A DNA stretch of 64,000 nt from Acidobacteriota bacterium (GCA_011525365.1 WTGQ01000002.1:473064-537063); one strand, 5' to 3'; shown: positions 19,793-29,103, counted from the first letter of the stretch. Numbers and translations: made by a program. Notes: a model not told the origin generated them from the sequence alone.

Positions 19793-20947
19793 ATGACCGG
19801 GGATGTGGCGTCCGCGGTGCGGTTGAGCGTGCCGGGCAAGGTGATCCTGATGGGGGAGCACGCGGCCGTCTATGGAAGGCCGGCAGTGGTGGCGGCGGTC
19901 GGACGCCGGCTGGTTGTCGAAGGGGATCTCGGGCCGTCGGCCGTTGGTACGGACAAGGGCCGCGTGCGCCTCGACCTGCCCGACCTCGGTCTCGACGAGG
20001 AGCACTCATGGGGGGCGATCGACGAGTTCACCAGGCGGGCGCGCCGGCGGTGGCACGCTTTCCGTCGGGGTCAGGCGTCCTTTAGGCCGGCGGACGAACT
20101 GAGCGCTCTTGTCAGGATCGCGGTCGGGGAAGCGGTGGCTTCGCTGCCCGAAGTGGCCGTGAGCAGGCTGCGGGAGCAGACACTGGAACTGCGGGTGCAA
20201 TCAGCGATTCCGGTCGGTGCCGGCCTGGGCAGCTCAGCGGCGTCGGCGATCGGGGTGGTGGCGGCGGTGCGGTTTCTAGCCGGCGGGACGCGGTCGGTTC
20301 CGAGTCATGCAGGCGGCCTGAGCGAAGATGAACTGGCTGCAATCGAGGCGACGGCGCTCGAGGTCGAGCGCCGGCAGCACGGTTTCCCGTCGGGGATCGA
20401 TAGCGGTACGGTGCTCCGTGGTGGCGTTCTGCTCGTCCGCCGTATGGGTGACGAGTTGCGATTCGACGACTTGCCGCGGCCGAAGTGGCTTCGCCGCGCG
20501 GTCGAGATCCTCGACAGCGGGACTCCAAGCCAGACCACGGGTGCGGTGGTCACGGCGGTGCGACGGCGCTACGAGGAAGAGCCCGAGCGGACGACCGCCG
20601 TGTTCGACCGCATCGAAGCGGCGGTGGAGTCCTTTCGCGCGGCGCTCGGGGACGGCGGGCCGCGGGATGCGGCTGCCGCCATCGCCGACGGTCATCGCGC
20701 CCTGGTGGAACTCGGCGTGGTGCCGCCGGCGGTCGCTCGCCGGATCGCGTCGGTGGAAGCTGCCGGGGGCGCGGCCAAGATCTCCGGGGCCGGGACCCTT
20801 GAAGGGGAGTCGGCCGGTGCCCTGATCTGCATGCTCGCGGGCCGGTCGACCGGGACGATCGATGGAATCTCGGACCTCGAGTCTGTAAACGCGGCCATCG
20901 GCGCCGGCGGCCTGAGGTTCGAGAGTCCCGCCGCCGATCGACTGTAG
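19793..20947 (+). CDS. mvk: Mevalonate kinase (GHMP kinase)
   Basis: 'PGKVILMGEHAAVYG' is the N-terminal substrate motif. 'PVGAGLGSSAASAIGV' is the GHMP ATP-binding motif. Confidence 0.9.
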   Translation: MTGDVASAVRLSVPGKVILMGEHAAVYGRPAVVAAVGRRLVVEGDLGPSAVGTDKGRVRLDLPDLGLDEEHSWGAIDEFTRRARRRWHAFRRGQASFRPADELSALVRIAVGEAVASLPEVAVSRLREQTLELRVQSAIPVGAGLGSSAASAIGVVAAVRFLAGGTRSVPSHAGGLSEDELAAIEATALEVERRQHGFPSGIDSGTVLRGGVLLVRRMGDELRFDDLPRPKWLRRAVEILDSGTPSQTTGAVVTAVRRRYEEEPERTTAVFDRIEAAVESFRAALGDGGPRDAAAAIADGHRALVELGVVPPAVARRIASVEAAGGAAKISGAGTLEGESAGALICMLAGRSTGTIDGISDLESVNAAIGAGGLRFESPAADRL

Positions 20948-20959
20948 GCTCCGGGAGAG

Positions 20960-22012
20960 ATGAACTCCGCGTTGGAACCGGCCCATGAGCCTGGGCCCGT
21001 GACGGCCGAGGCGCCCTCGAACATCGCCTTCATCAAGTACTGGGGCGCCCGCGATCTCAAGGGTCCGGTTCCCTTCAATCGCTCGCTGTCGATGACCCTG
21101 GACGCCTGCCGGTCGATCTGCTCGGCGTCTCCCCTGGCCACTGGACAGGACGACGAGATCGTGTGGCTGGAAGAGCCGGCAGCTGGTCGAACCGAAGCCG
21201 CCGGCGAAGCGCCGCCGGCCTTCGTCGAGCGGACGCGGCGGCACCTGGACCGGCTGCGCGAGTGGTCGCGGCAGACGGCGGCGCCGTACAGGGGTGGGTT
21301 CCGGATCGCGACCGGCAACACGTTCCCGGCGGCGGCCGGGATCGCCTCTTCCGCTTCGGGCTTCACCGCCCTGACCCTCGCCGTGACGGCCGCCATGGGC
21401 TTCGACCTGCGGCCGCGGACCCTGTCCGCCCTGTCGCGGAGCAGCGGCTCGGGTTCGGCCGCCCGTTCGGCCTACGGTGGCTACGTGGAGTGGCCCGACG
21501 GGAACGACAACAGCGCGGTTCAGGTCCTGGACGAGGCCGCCTGGCCGCTCTGCGATGTGGTCGCCGTCGTCGAGACCGGCGCCAAGAAGGTGTCTTCACG
21601 CGACGGGCACCAGCTCGCGGTCAGCAGCCCGTACTTCGGGCCGCGTCTGGACGCGATCGAGGAGCGCCTGGAAAAGGTGCGCGTTGCGCTCAGGCAGCGC
21701 GACTTCGAGGCCCTGGGGCCGGCGATCGAGGAGGAGGGGATCGACCTCCACCTGATCGCGATGTCGTCCAGGCCACCGGTGTACTACTGGACACCGGGCA
21801 CGATCGAGGTGCTGGCCGCGGTGCGCGATCTGCGCGCGGAAGGCCTGGCGGCCTACGCCACGATGGATGCGGGCGCGAACGTCCACGTGATCTGCCAGCC
21901 GGCCGACGAATCGCGGGTAGCGGAACGGCTCTTGGCACTCGGCAGCGTCGAGCGGGTGCTGCGCGACTGCACCGGCGGCCCGCCGGCGTGGCGCCGCGGA
22001 GCCGGGCTTTGA
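20960..22012 (+). CDS. mvaD: Diphosphomevalonate decarboxylase family (MVD, or phosphomevalonate decarboxylase)
   Basis: 'APSNIAFIKYWGARD' and 'AAAGIASSASGF' are the GHMP/MVD hallmarks. Confidence 0.88.
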   Translation: MNSALEPAHEPGPVTAEAPSNIAFIKYWGARDLKGPVPFNRSLSMTLDACRSICSASPLATGQDDEIVWLEEPAAGRTEAAGEAPPAFVERTRRHLDRLREWSRQTAAPYRGGFRIATGNTFPAAAGIASSASGFTALTLAVTAAMGFDLRPRTLSALSRSSGSGSAARSAYGGYVEWPDGNDNSAVQVLDEAAWPLCDVVAVVETGAKKVSSRDGHQLAVSSPYFGPRLDAIEERLEKVRVALRQRDFEALGPAIEEEGIDLHLIAMSSRPPVYYWTPGTIEVLAAVRDLRAEGLAAYATMDAGANVHVICQPADESRVAERLLALGSVERVLRDCTGGPPAWRRGAGL

Positions 22013-22884
22013 GTGCGGCCGCCGCCGAGCGCGCCTGGGACGAGCGGCTGGACGTCACCCTGGTCAAGCTCGGCGGCAGCCTGATCACGGACAAGACGAA
22101 GCCGCGCACGGTCGCGAACGAACACCTGCGGCGGCTGGCGGCCGAGATCGCTGCCGGTTGGTCGGGGAACGGCCTCGTGGTCGGTCACGGCAGCGGTTCC
22201 TTCGGACACCCGGAGGCGCGCGCGGCCGGCCTGGCCGGCGGTGGCGGTGCCCGTCCGGACTCGGCCCTGGACCGGATGGGCGTTGCGCGCACGCAGTCCG
22301 CGGCCTTCGAGCTTCACCGGCTGGTCGTCGGAAGCCTGGTCGAGGCGGGTGTGCCTGCCTACTCGCAACTGCCGTCCGGCTTTCTGACCGCCTGTGACGG
22401 GGAGCCTGACGGACCGCCGCCCGCACCGCTGGCCGCGGCGCTGAGGCAGGGCCTGGTGCCGGTCACGATGGGCGATGTCGTCGTCGACCGGACGCGCGGG
22501 GCTTCGATCGCGTCGACGGAGACGGTGTTCGAGTTCCTTGCCCGCGCCCTCGTTCCGCTCGGTATCGAGGTGCGACGGGCGTTGTGGCTCGGTGCCACGG
22601 CCGGTGTGCTGGACGGCGCGGGCCGGCTCGTTCCCCGCATCGACGCGGCGAACATCGGCGCGGCGTCGGAGGCTGCCGGCGGCTCACCGGCGGTCGATGT
22701 CACCGGTGGCATGGAGCACCGCCTGGCGACTGCCTGGGCGCTGGCCCGGCGCGGCGTCGAATCGCTCATCATCGACGGGCGCCGGCCCGGCCTCCTCGAG
22801 TCGGCGCTTCGGCGCCCGAACGGGGAGGCGGAGAGCGCCGGTACACTCGTGCGTCCGAGCGAGGTGGAAGATGCGCGCCAGTAG
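22009..22884 (+). CDS. ipk: Isopentenyl phosphate kinase (amino-acid-kinase fold)
   Basis: 'VTLVKLGGSLITDK' is the AAK N-terminal glycine loop. 'VVGHGSGSFGH' is the IPK His-containing motif. The TTG start overlaps the mvaD stop. Confidence 0.8.
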   Translation: MSAAAAERAWDERLDVTLVKLGGSLITDKTKPRTVANEHLRRLAAEIAAGWSGNGLVVGHGSGSFGHPEARAAGLAGGGGARPDSALDRMGVARTQSAAFELHRLVVGSLVEAGVPAYSQLPSGFLTACDGEPDGPPPAPLAAALRQGLVPVTMGDVVVDRTRGASIASTETVFEFLARALVPLGIEVRRALWLGATAGVLDGAGRLVPRIDAANIGAASEAAGGSPAVDVTGGMEHRLATAWALARRGVESLIIDGRRPGLLESALRRPNGEAESAGTLVRPSEVEDARQ

Positions 22885-23548
22885 CACCGTCGAGGACTAC
22901 CTGAAGTGCATCTTCCTGGCGGAGCATGAAGCCCGGATGGAGGGTGCGGAGCTCGTACCGATGGGACGGATCGCGGCGCGCCTCAAGGTGGCTCCCGCCT
23001 CGGTCACGGCGATGATGAAGACCCTCGCCGAGTCCGGACTGATCGCCTACGAACCGTACAGCGGCGTCCGACTCCTGCCGGCGGGTCGCAAGCTGGCGAC
23101 TCACGTGCTCAGGCGGCATCGGCTGATCGAGCTCTTCCTGGTCAACGTGATGGGGTTCGACTGGAGCGAGGTCCACTCCGAGGCCGAGCTGCTCGAGCAC
23201 TCCGTTTCCGGGCGGATGATCGAACGGATGGACGAGATGCTCGGCCATCCGTCGGTGGATCCCCACGGCGATCCGATTCCGAGCGCCGACGGTCACATCG
23301 AGCTCGTCGATCATCCGAGCCTGTTGAAGTGTGCCTTGAACCAGGTCGTCGAGGTGGTCCGGGTGACGGACCAGAACGCCGAGTTCCTGCGCTTCGCGGA
23401 GCGCGAAGGGTTGATGCCCGGCAGCCTGGTTGAGGTGGCGGCGCGGGACGAGACGGCCGGCAGCGTTGCCGTGGTTTCGGATGCGCGCGAGTTCAGCCTG
23501 GGCTTTCCCGCCGCGTCCAAGGTGCTCGTGCGCGAAGCGGCGAGCTAG
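22871..23548 (+). CDS. DtxR/MntR-family metal-dependent transcriptional regulator with a C-terminal FeoA/SH3-like domain
   Basis: 'TVEDYLKCIFLAE' and 'VTAMMKTLAESGLIAYEPYSGVRLLPAG' form the DtxR HTH and dimerisation region. The metal-site His/Glu/Cys pattern is present. It overlaps the ipk 3' end by 14 nt. Confidence 0.88.
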   Translation: MRASSTVEDYLKCIFLAEHEARMEGAELVPMGRIAARLKVAPASVTAMMKTLAESGLIAYEPYSGVRLLPAGRKLATHVLRRHRLIELFLVNVMGFDWSEVHSEAELLEHSVSGRMIERMDEMLGHPSVDPHGDPIPSADGHIELVDHPSLLKCALNQVVEVVRVTDQNAEFLRFAEREGLMPGSLVEVAARDETAGSVAVVSDAREFSLGFPAASKVLVREAAS

Positions 23549-24054
23549 GCGTCGGCGCCGGCGGCGACGACGAAGAGCGGCTGGCCGCCGTCGACCGTCT
23601 GGCCGACTTCGACGAGGAGTTGCTCGAGCCGCCCGTCGATCTCCGACTGGATCTCGTTCTCCATCTTCATCGCCTCGAGCACGACGACGCCCTGCCCCGA
23701 AGTCACCTCGTCGCCCTCGGCCACGAGCACGGCCGTGACGCGGCCGGGCATGTAGGCGGTCGCCTCGAACGTGTCGGCGTCTCCTTGCTGGGTCGCCTCA
23801 CCGAGAGCCCGCGAGCGAGGGTCGATCACCCTCAGTTCGGCGCCGTCGACGTCGTAAACGCCGTTGCCGAGCGAGCGGACGCTTTGCGTCGCCTGACGCC
23901 CGTTGACGATCACGCTCAGGACGTCCGGCCGCCCCAGCGTGGCGGCGTCCACCCGGTATTCGCGGTCGTCAACGGCGACGGTCCAGTGGCCGTTCGCCTC
24001 GGCGCGGACCTCGACGCGGACCTCCTCGGCGGCGCGGGCGACGATCAGTTCCAA
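23545..24054 (-). CDS. Biotin carboxyl carrier protein (biotinyl domain) of an acyl-CoA carboxylase
   Basis: An 'EAMKMENEI' biotinylation motif sits in the C-terminal lipoyl-like domain. It is encoded immediately downstream of the biotin carboxylase. Confidence 0.85.
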   Translation of the reverse strand: MELIVARAAEEVRVEVRAEANGHWTVAVDDREYRVDAATLGRPDVLSVIVNGRQATQSVRSLGNGVYDVDGAELRVIDPRSRALGEATQQGDADTFEATAYMPGRVTAVLVAEGDEVTSGQGVVVLEAMKMENEIQSEIDGRLEQLLVEVGQTVDGGQPLFVVAAGADA

Positions 24055-25613
24055 GTCGTGCCTCTCCGGGCGTCGTGACGCGCCGCGAGCCGCCAGTTCG
24101 ACGGCGGGGCGCCGCCGCCGGCCGCGGTCGCGGTTCCGTTCGCGCCGGCGCGCTCCAGGTGGGCGAGGACGACGGCGAGGACAGGCAGGTCGGTCTCCAG
24201 GGCGTCGTCGTCCGGCGCCGGCGGCCGCAACTCGCCGTTCTCGAGCTTGCGATCCAGCATCGAGATGTCCATGTTGCCGGTCACGAAGTCCTCGTCCTCG
24301 AGCAGTCGCTCGAAGAGGGCGAGGTTGGTGCGGATACCCTCCACCCGGGTTTCGGCGAGCGCCCGCCTCAGCCGAGCCAGAGCGTCGCTGCGGTCGCGTC
24401 CCCAGACGATCAGCTTGGCCAGCATCGGGTCGTAGTGGATCGTCACCTCGGCGCCTTCGTAGACGCCGCAGTCGTTGCGGACGCCCGGGCCCTCGGGCAG
24501 TTGTAGCAGTTCGATCCGGCCGGGCGAGGGAGCGAAGTTGCGGAATGGATCCTCCGCGTACAGGCGGACCTCGACCGCGTGCCCGCGAGGCTCCATGCCG
24601 TTCTCCAGCGTCTCAGGCAGCGGTTCGCCGGCCGCGATGTCGAGCTGGGCGGCCACGATGTCGACGCCGGTGACCAGCTCGGTGACCGGATGCTCGACCT
24701 GGATCCTCGTGTTCATCTCCAGGAAGTAGAACTCTCCCCGGGGATCGAGCAGGAACTCCACCGTGCCCGCGCCGACGTAGTTCACGGCGGCCGCGGCGCG
24801 GACCGCGGCTTCGCCCATGCGGCGGCGGAGATCCGCGTCGACGACGGGCGACGGCGCCTCTTCGACCACCTTCTGGTGCCGCCGTTGCAGGGAGCACTCC
24901 CGTTCGCCGAGGGAGACGATCCGGCCGTGCCGGTCGCCGAGGACCTGGATCTCGACGTGGCGCGGCCGCTCGACGAAGCGCTCGATGTATACCGAGGCGT
25001 CATCGAAGCTGGCGCCGGCCTCCGAGGTCGCGCCCCGGAATGCCGCTTCGAGTTCGCTCTCCTCCCGTACCAGCCGCATTCCCTTGCCGCCCCCGCCGGC
25101 GGAGGCCTTGAGCATCACCGGATAGCCGATCTTGCTTGCCGCGTCGCGAGCCGCCTCGGCGGACGGGAGGGGATCCGTTCCTCCCGGCACGATGGGTACG
25201 CCGGCCGCGGTCATCAGGCGCCGGCTCTCGATCTTCGAACCCATCGCGGCGATCGCCGCGGAGGGCGGCCCGATGAAGGTGATCCCGCGTTCCTCGCAGA
25301 GGCGCGCGAAACCGGCGTTCTCGGACAGGAAGCCGTAGCCGGGGTGGATCGCGTCGGCGCCGATGGACGCGGCGAGGTCGACGATTCTCTCGGCCCTGAG
25401 GTAGCTCTCGATCGAGGGCGCGGGGCCGATGCAGTGGGCCTCGTCCGCCATCTGTGTGGCGAGACCGGCGCGGTCCGCCTCCGAGTAGACGGCGACCGAG
25501 ACGATGCCGCGCTCGCGAAGCGCCCGGATCACCCGCACCGCGATTTCACCGCGGTTCGCGACGAGCACCTTCTTCAGGCCGTTCTTCATGGTAGAGGGGC
25601 GCATCCTAGCCAA
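24045..25613 (-). CDS. accC: Biotin carboxylase subunit of acetyl/propionyl-CoA carboxylase
   Basis: ATP-grasp biotin carboxylase blocks: 'KVLVANRGEIAVRVIRA', 'GYPVMLKASAGGGGKGMR' and 'EMNTRIQVEHPVTE'. It is not fused to BCCP. The exact start (M1 versus M9) is uncertain. Confidence 0.92.
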   Translation of the reverse strand: MARMRPSTMKNGLKKVLVANRGEIAVRVIRALRERGIVSVAVYSEADRAGLATQMADEAHCIGPAPSIESYLRAERIVDLAASIGADAIHPGYGFLSENAGFARLCEERGITFIGPPSAAIAAMGSKIESRRLMTAAGVPIVPGGTDPLPSAEAARDAASKIGYPVMLKASAGGGGKGMRLVREESELEAAFRGATSEAGASFDDASVYIERFVERPRHVEIQVLGDRHGRIVSLGERECSLQRRHQKVVEEAPSPVVDADLRRRMGEAAVRAAAAVNYVGAGTVEFLLDPRGEFYFLEMNTRIQVEHPVTELVTGVDIVAAQLDIAAGEPLPETLENGMEPRGHAVEVRLYAEDPFRNFAPSPGRIELLQLPEGPGVRNDCGVYEGAEVTIHYDPMLAKLIVWGRDRSDALARLRRALAETRVEGIRTNLALFERLLEDEDFVTGNMDISMLDRKLENGELRPPAPDDDALETDLPVLAVVLAHLERAGANGTATAAGGGAPPSNWRLAARHDARRGTTWN

Positions 25614-25678
25614 CGCACCTTCCCGGCAGGCGAATGGCGATAGTGTCTGACGAGGCCAACGGAACAGGAGGTATGTCC

Positions 25679-27040
25679 ATGCAATGCAGTCCCGAACCGG
25701 GAGCTTCGGCCAGGGGCAACTGGGGTCCCCTGGTCACCAGGAAGTCCGTGATGCGGTCCGGGTTGGCCGCGCTGCTCGTCGCTCCCTTCACGGCGTCGTC
25801 GCTGGTTGCGGGGCGCGGCCAGGAATCCGGAGAGGCGGAGGCCGAGTCGTCGGACCGGGCGGAAAGTCGCGGCGCTACGGATGAAGAGATCGTCCTCGGT
25901 GTGTCGGCCGCGTTCTCGGGTCCTTCAAGGGGGCTCGGCACGGAGCTCTACCGTGGCGCCATGGCGTACTTCAACCACGTGAACGAAAACGGCGGCATCG
26001 AGGGCCGCGGGGTCAGCCTGAAGTTGTACGACGACGGCTATCAACCCGATCCCTGCGTTCAGAACACGATGAGGCTGATGCTGGAGGACAAGGTGTTCCT
26101 CCTGTTCGGCTACGTCGGGACGCCGACCGTGACCCGGGTACTGCCGATCCTGAAGAAGTTCCAGGACGAGAGTATCTTCCTCTTCTTCCCGTTCACCGGC
26201 GCCCAGCCGCAACGGGAGCCGCCCTACGGCGAGTTCGCGTTCAACCTGCGTGCCTCCTACAACCAGGAGACGGCGGGGTTGGTGGACAACCTGGTGCAGA
26301 TCGGCAGGCGGCGAATCGCAGTCTTCTACCAGATCGACGCGTACGGCCGGAGCGGCTGGGCCGGCGTCAGGGCGGCGCTGGAGAAGCACGGCGAACGGCT
26401 CGCGGGCGAGGCGACCTACAGCCGGGGCGAGAAGTTCACGGGCAGCATGAGAAAGCAGGTCGAGATCCTGCAGGGCGTTTCGCCGGACGCCGTTATCTGT
26501 ATCGGCGCCTACGCCGCCTGCGCCGCGTTCGCCCGCGACGCCGTCGACCTCGGGCTCGACGTGCCGATCGCGAACCTGTCCTTCGTCGGCAGCGAGAACC
26601 TGCTGAAGCTCCTGACCGAGGGGCAGGACGACGCCGAGAGATACACCCGGCAGTTGATCAACTCCCAGGTGGTTCCCAGCTACGAGGACACTTCGATACC
26701 GGCGGTCCGGGAGTACCGGGACCTGATGGCTCGCTACGACCCCCAGATTCCGGCCGACCTGGTGCAGGAGGAGTACGCGCCGTTCCCGCACAGCTTCGGA
26801 AGCCTCGAAGGGTTCCTGAATGCCAAGCTGATGGGGGAGATTCTGCGGCGGCTGGGGCCGAACCCGGACCGGGCGGGCCTGGAAGAGGCGGTCTTCTCCA
26901 TCGAGGACTTCGATCTCGGGATCAGCGAACGCGTGTCCTTCGGTCCCGACCGACGCCAGGGACTCCAACGCGTGTACCACACCGTCGTCGAGGACGGCCG
27001 GTTCGTTCCCCTCGACGATTGGGGCGCCAGGTTCGGCTGA
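25679..27040 (+). CDS. Periplasmic substrate-binding protein (type I PBP, branched-chain amino acid/amide-like)
   Basis: A signal peptide is followed by a Leu/Ile/Val-binding-protein-like fold. The start is ambiguous among 25673, 25679 and 25751. Confidence 0.8.
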   Translation: MQCSPEPGASARGNWGPLVTRKSVMRSGLAALLVAPFTASSLVAGRGQESGEAEAESSDRAESRGATDEEIVLGVSAAFSGPSRGLGTELYRGAMAYFNHVNENGGIEGRGVSLKLYDDGYQPDPCVQNTMRLMLEDKVFLLFGYVGTPTVTRVLPILKKFQDESIFLFFPFTGAQPQREPPYGEFAFNLRASYNQETAGLVDNLVQIGRRRIAVFYQIDAYGRSGWAGVRAALEKHGERLAGEATYSRGEKFTGSMRKQVEILQGVSPDAVICIGAYAACAAFARDAVDLGLDVPIANLSFVGSENLLKLLTEGQDDAERYTRQLINSQVVPSYEDTSIPAVREYRDLMARYDPQIPADLVQEEYAPFPHSFGSLEGFLNAKLMGEILRRLGPNPDRAGLEEAVFSIEDFDLGISERVSFGPDRRQGLQRVYHTVVEDGRFVPLDDWGARFG

Positions 27041-27041
27041 G

Positions 27042-27782
27042 ATGAGAATCCGCAGGCTGTTCAAGTGGACGAGGTTCGGCATCTTCGCCGTCTTCGGCCT
27101 GATCGTCCTGTCGACCTCGATTCTCTGCATCTACACCGTCGACACCGAGCTGTCGGCGGAGTACGAGGTCAACACCCAGAACATCGCCAAGACGATCGCG
27201 GACTCGAGCGCCGGCATTCTCCTGAACCAGAATCTCGCGACGCTGCAGTCGCTGGTCGACCAGTTCCTCGAGGTTCAGGGCATCCGGTACATCTACATCA
27301 CCAGCGAGACCGGCGAGTTCCTGGCGCACACCTTCGTTCCCGGCATCCCGGAAGAGATTCTCGAGAGCGATCACAGCAACACGGCGCCGGTTGAACGGAG
27401 CCTGCCCGGAATGGGCGACTTCATCGAGGTCGGCAGCCCGATCCTGGCCGGAGTCGCCGGGACCGTTCATGTCGGTATGGACCTCGATGTCGTCGCGCTC
27501 AAGATCCAGCGGGCGATCGGCCAGCAGGTCTACCTGATCAGCGTCATGCTGGTCCTCGGCGTGCTGGCGTCGATCTGGTTCGTCAACCTGGCCGCCAAGC
27601 CGCTGGGCGAACTCCTCGCCTACGCGGTGGAACTGGCCCGGGACGGAGAGAACGACGAGCTGGGCGAGCGCGACCTCCTGGCCCGCGACGACGAGGTGGG
27701 CCACCTGGCGCGGCTGTTCCTTCACGTGTCGCGGCAAGGCGCCGGCCGGGGCCTGCCGGCGAGCGTCTCCGGCACGGAGTAG
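27042..27782 (+). CDS. Membrane sensor module (TM, periplasmic domain, TM, HAMP) lacking any output domain
   Basis: An N-terminal TM helix is followed by a ~150-aa extracytoplasmic domain, a second TM helix and a HAMP-like segment 'AAKPLGELLAYAVELARDGENDELGERDLLARDDEVGHLARLF'. The protein then terminates. It starts 2 nt after the binding-protein stop. Confidence 0.6.
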   Translation: MRIRRLFKWTRFGIFAVFGLIVLSTSILCIYTVDTELSAEYEVNTQNIAKTIADSSAGILLNQNLATLQSLVDQFLEVQGIRYIYITSETGEFLAHTFVPGIPEEILESDHSNTAPVERSLPGMGDFIEVGSPILAGVAGTVHVGMDLDVVALKIQRAIGQQVYLISVMLVLGVLASIWFVNLAAKPLGELLAYAVELARDGENDELGERDLLARDDEVGHLARLFLHVSRQGAGRGLPASVSGTE

Positions 27783-27789
27783 CTTCGGC

Positions 27790-29103
27790 GTGCGGGTCCC
27801 CAGAACCGTCATCGCGCTGCTCTGCACGACGCTTCAGCTGTGCTTCGGCACGGTGTATGCCTGGAGCTTCTTCCAGACGATGCTGGTCCGGCAGGCGGGG
27901 TGGACCTTCTCGCAGACGGCCTGGGCCTTCAGCATCACGATCTTCACCCTGGGCGTGTCGGCGGCCTGGGCCGGGCAGGTGCTGCCGCGGCTGGGGCCCA
28001 GGAAGCTCGCCGTGATCGGCAGCATCCTGTTCTCGGGCGGCTACGTGATCGCGGCAGCCGCGCTCCGCCTGGACATGCTGCCGCTGTTCTACGTCGGCTA
28101 TGGCGTGGTCGGCGGCGCCGGCATCGGTCTCGGCTACGTGACGCCGGTCGCGACGGTGGCCAAGTGGTTCCCGGACCACAAGGGGCTGGTCACCGGGATC
28201 GTGGTCATGGGTTTCGGCGTCGGCGCCTTCCTGCTCAGCAAGGGACTGGCACCGCTGCTGGTGCTGCGCACGGGCGAGGACCTGTCCCAGGTGTTCCTCT
28301 GGCTGGGTATCACCTTCGCCTGCCTCCTGATCCCCTGCAGCCTGTTGCTGAGCGATCCGCCCGTACCCTCGGATCTGGTGAAGTCCGTCGCCGGGCCCGC
28401 CGCCGAGACGGCGCCCGCGGAAGACGACACGGCCGTCAGGACCTACCTCGGTTCCCAGCAGTTCGTGTTCATGTGGATCGTCTTCTTCTTCAACATCGCG
28501 GCCGGCATCACGGTGATCAGCTTCCAGTCCGAGCTGCTCCAGGAGGTCTGGGGGCTCTCCGACCCCTCGCTCGAGCCGGCGACCCTGGCGGGGTACGGGG
28601 CCACGCTGATCGCGATCAGTTCGCTGTGCAACGGGGTGGGGAGGCTGTTCTGGGGCCTGCTGTCGGACCGTATCGGCCGGGTGAAGGTGTTCCGGATCCT
28701 GCTCGCGAGCCAGATGGTCGTGTTCGGCGTGCTGATGACCGAGACGAATCCCTGGATCTTCTCGATACTCGTCTGCTACGTGCTGCTCTGTTTCGGCGGC
28801 GGGTTCGCCACGATGCCGCCCTTCGTCCTGGACGTGTTCGGTTCGCGGAAAATGTCCTCGATCTACGGCGCCGTGCTCACCGCGTGGGCGGCCGCCGGGA
28901 TCGTCGGTCCGGTCTACCTGGGCTACCTCAAGGACGTCTACCCCGACCGCGCGGTCATGTACTGCTTCCTGGTCGGGATCCTCATGCTGGGTGGCGGCTT
29001 CCTCTTCTCCTACCTGCTGACCGACGACCGGATGCGCCTGGGACGACCGACGCTGGAGGGAACCCTCCGCGAGTTCGGGATACCCGTCTCCGGCCGGGGC
29101 TGA
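27790..29103 (+). CDS. MFS transporter (oxalate:formate antiporter-like subfamily)
   Basis: 12 TM helices with MFS motifs (GRLGPRK, LSDRIGR). Confidence 0.88.
   Translation: MRVPRTVIALLCTTLQLCFGTVYAWSFFQTMLVRQAGWTFSQTAWAFSITIFTLGVSAAWAGQVLPRLGPRKLAVIGSILFSGGYVIAAAALRLDMLPLFYVGYGVVGGAGIGLGYVTPVATVAKWFPDHKGLVTGIVVMGFGVGAFLLSKGLAPLLVLRTGEDLSQVFLWLGITFACLLIPCSLLLSDPPVPSDLVKSVAGPAAETAPAEDDTAVRTYLGSQQFVFMWIVFFFNIAAGITVISFQSELLQEVWGLSDPSLEPATLAGYGATLIAISSLCNGVGRLFWGLLSDRIGRVKVFRILLASQMVVFGVLMTETNPWIFSILVCYVLLCFGGGFATMPPFVLDVFGSRKMSSIYGAVLTAWAAAGIVGPVYLGYLKDVYPDRAVMYCFLVGILMLGGGFLFSYLLTDDRMRLGRPTLEGTLREFGIPVSGRG

Noticed and set aside
19578-19796. 72-aa ORF (MAAACPRAVGEG...) and the antisense ORFs across the hmgR-mvk spacer
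   Set aside because: They are translations of the inverted-repeat element. The 'PLGTLPNGP' strings on both strands simply reflect the palindrome.
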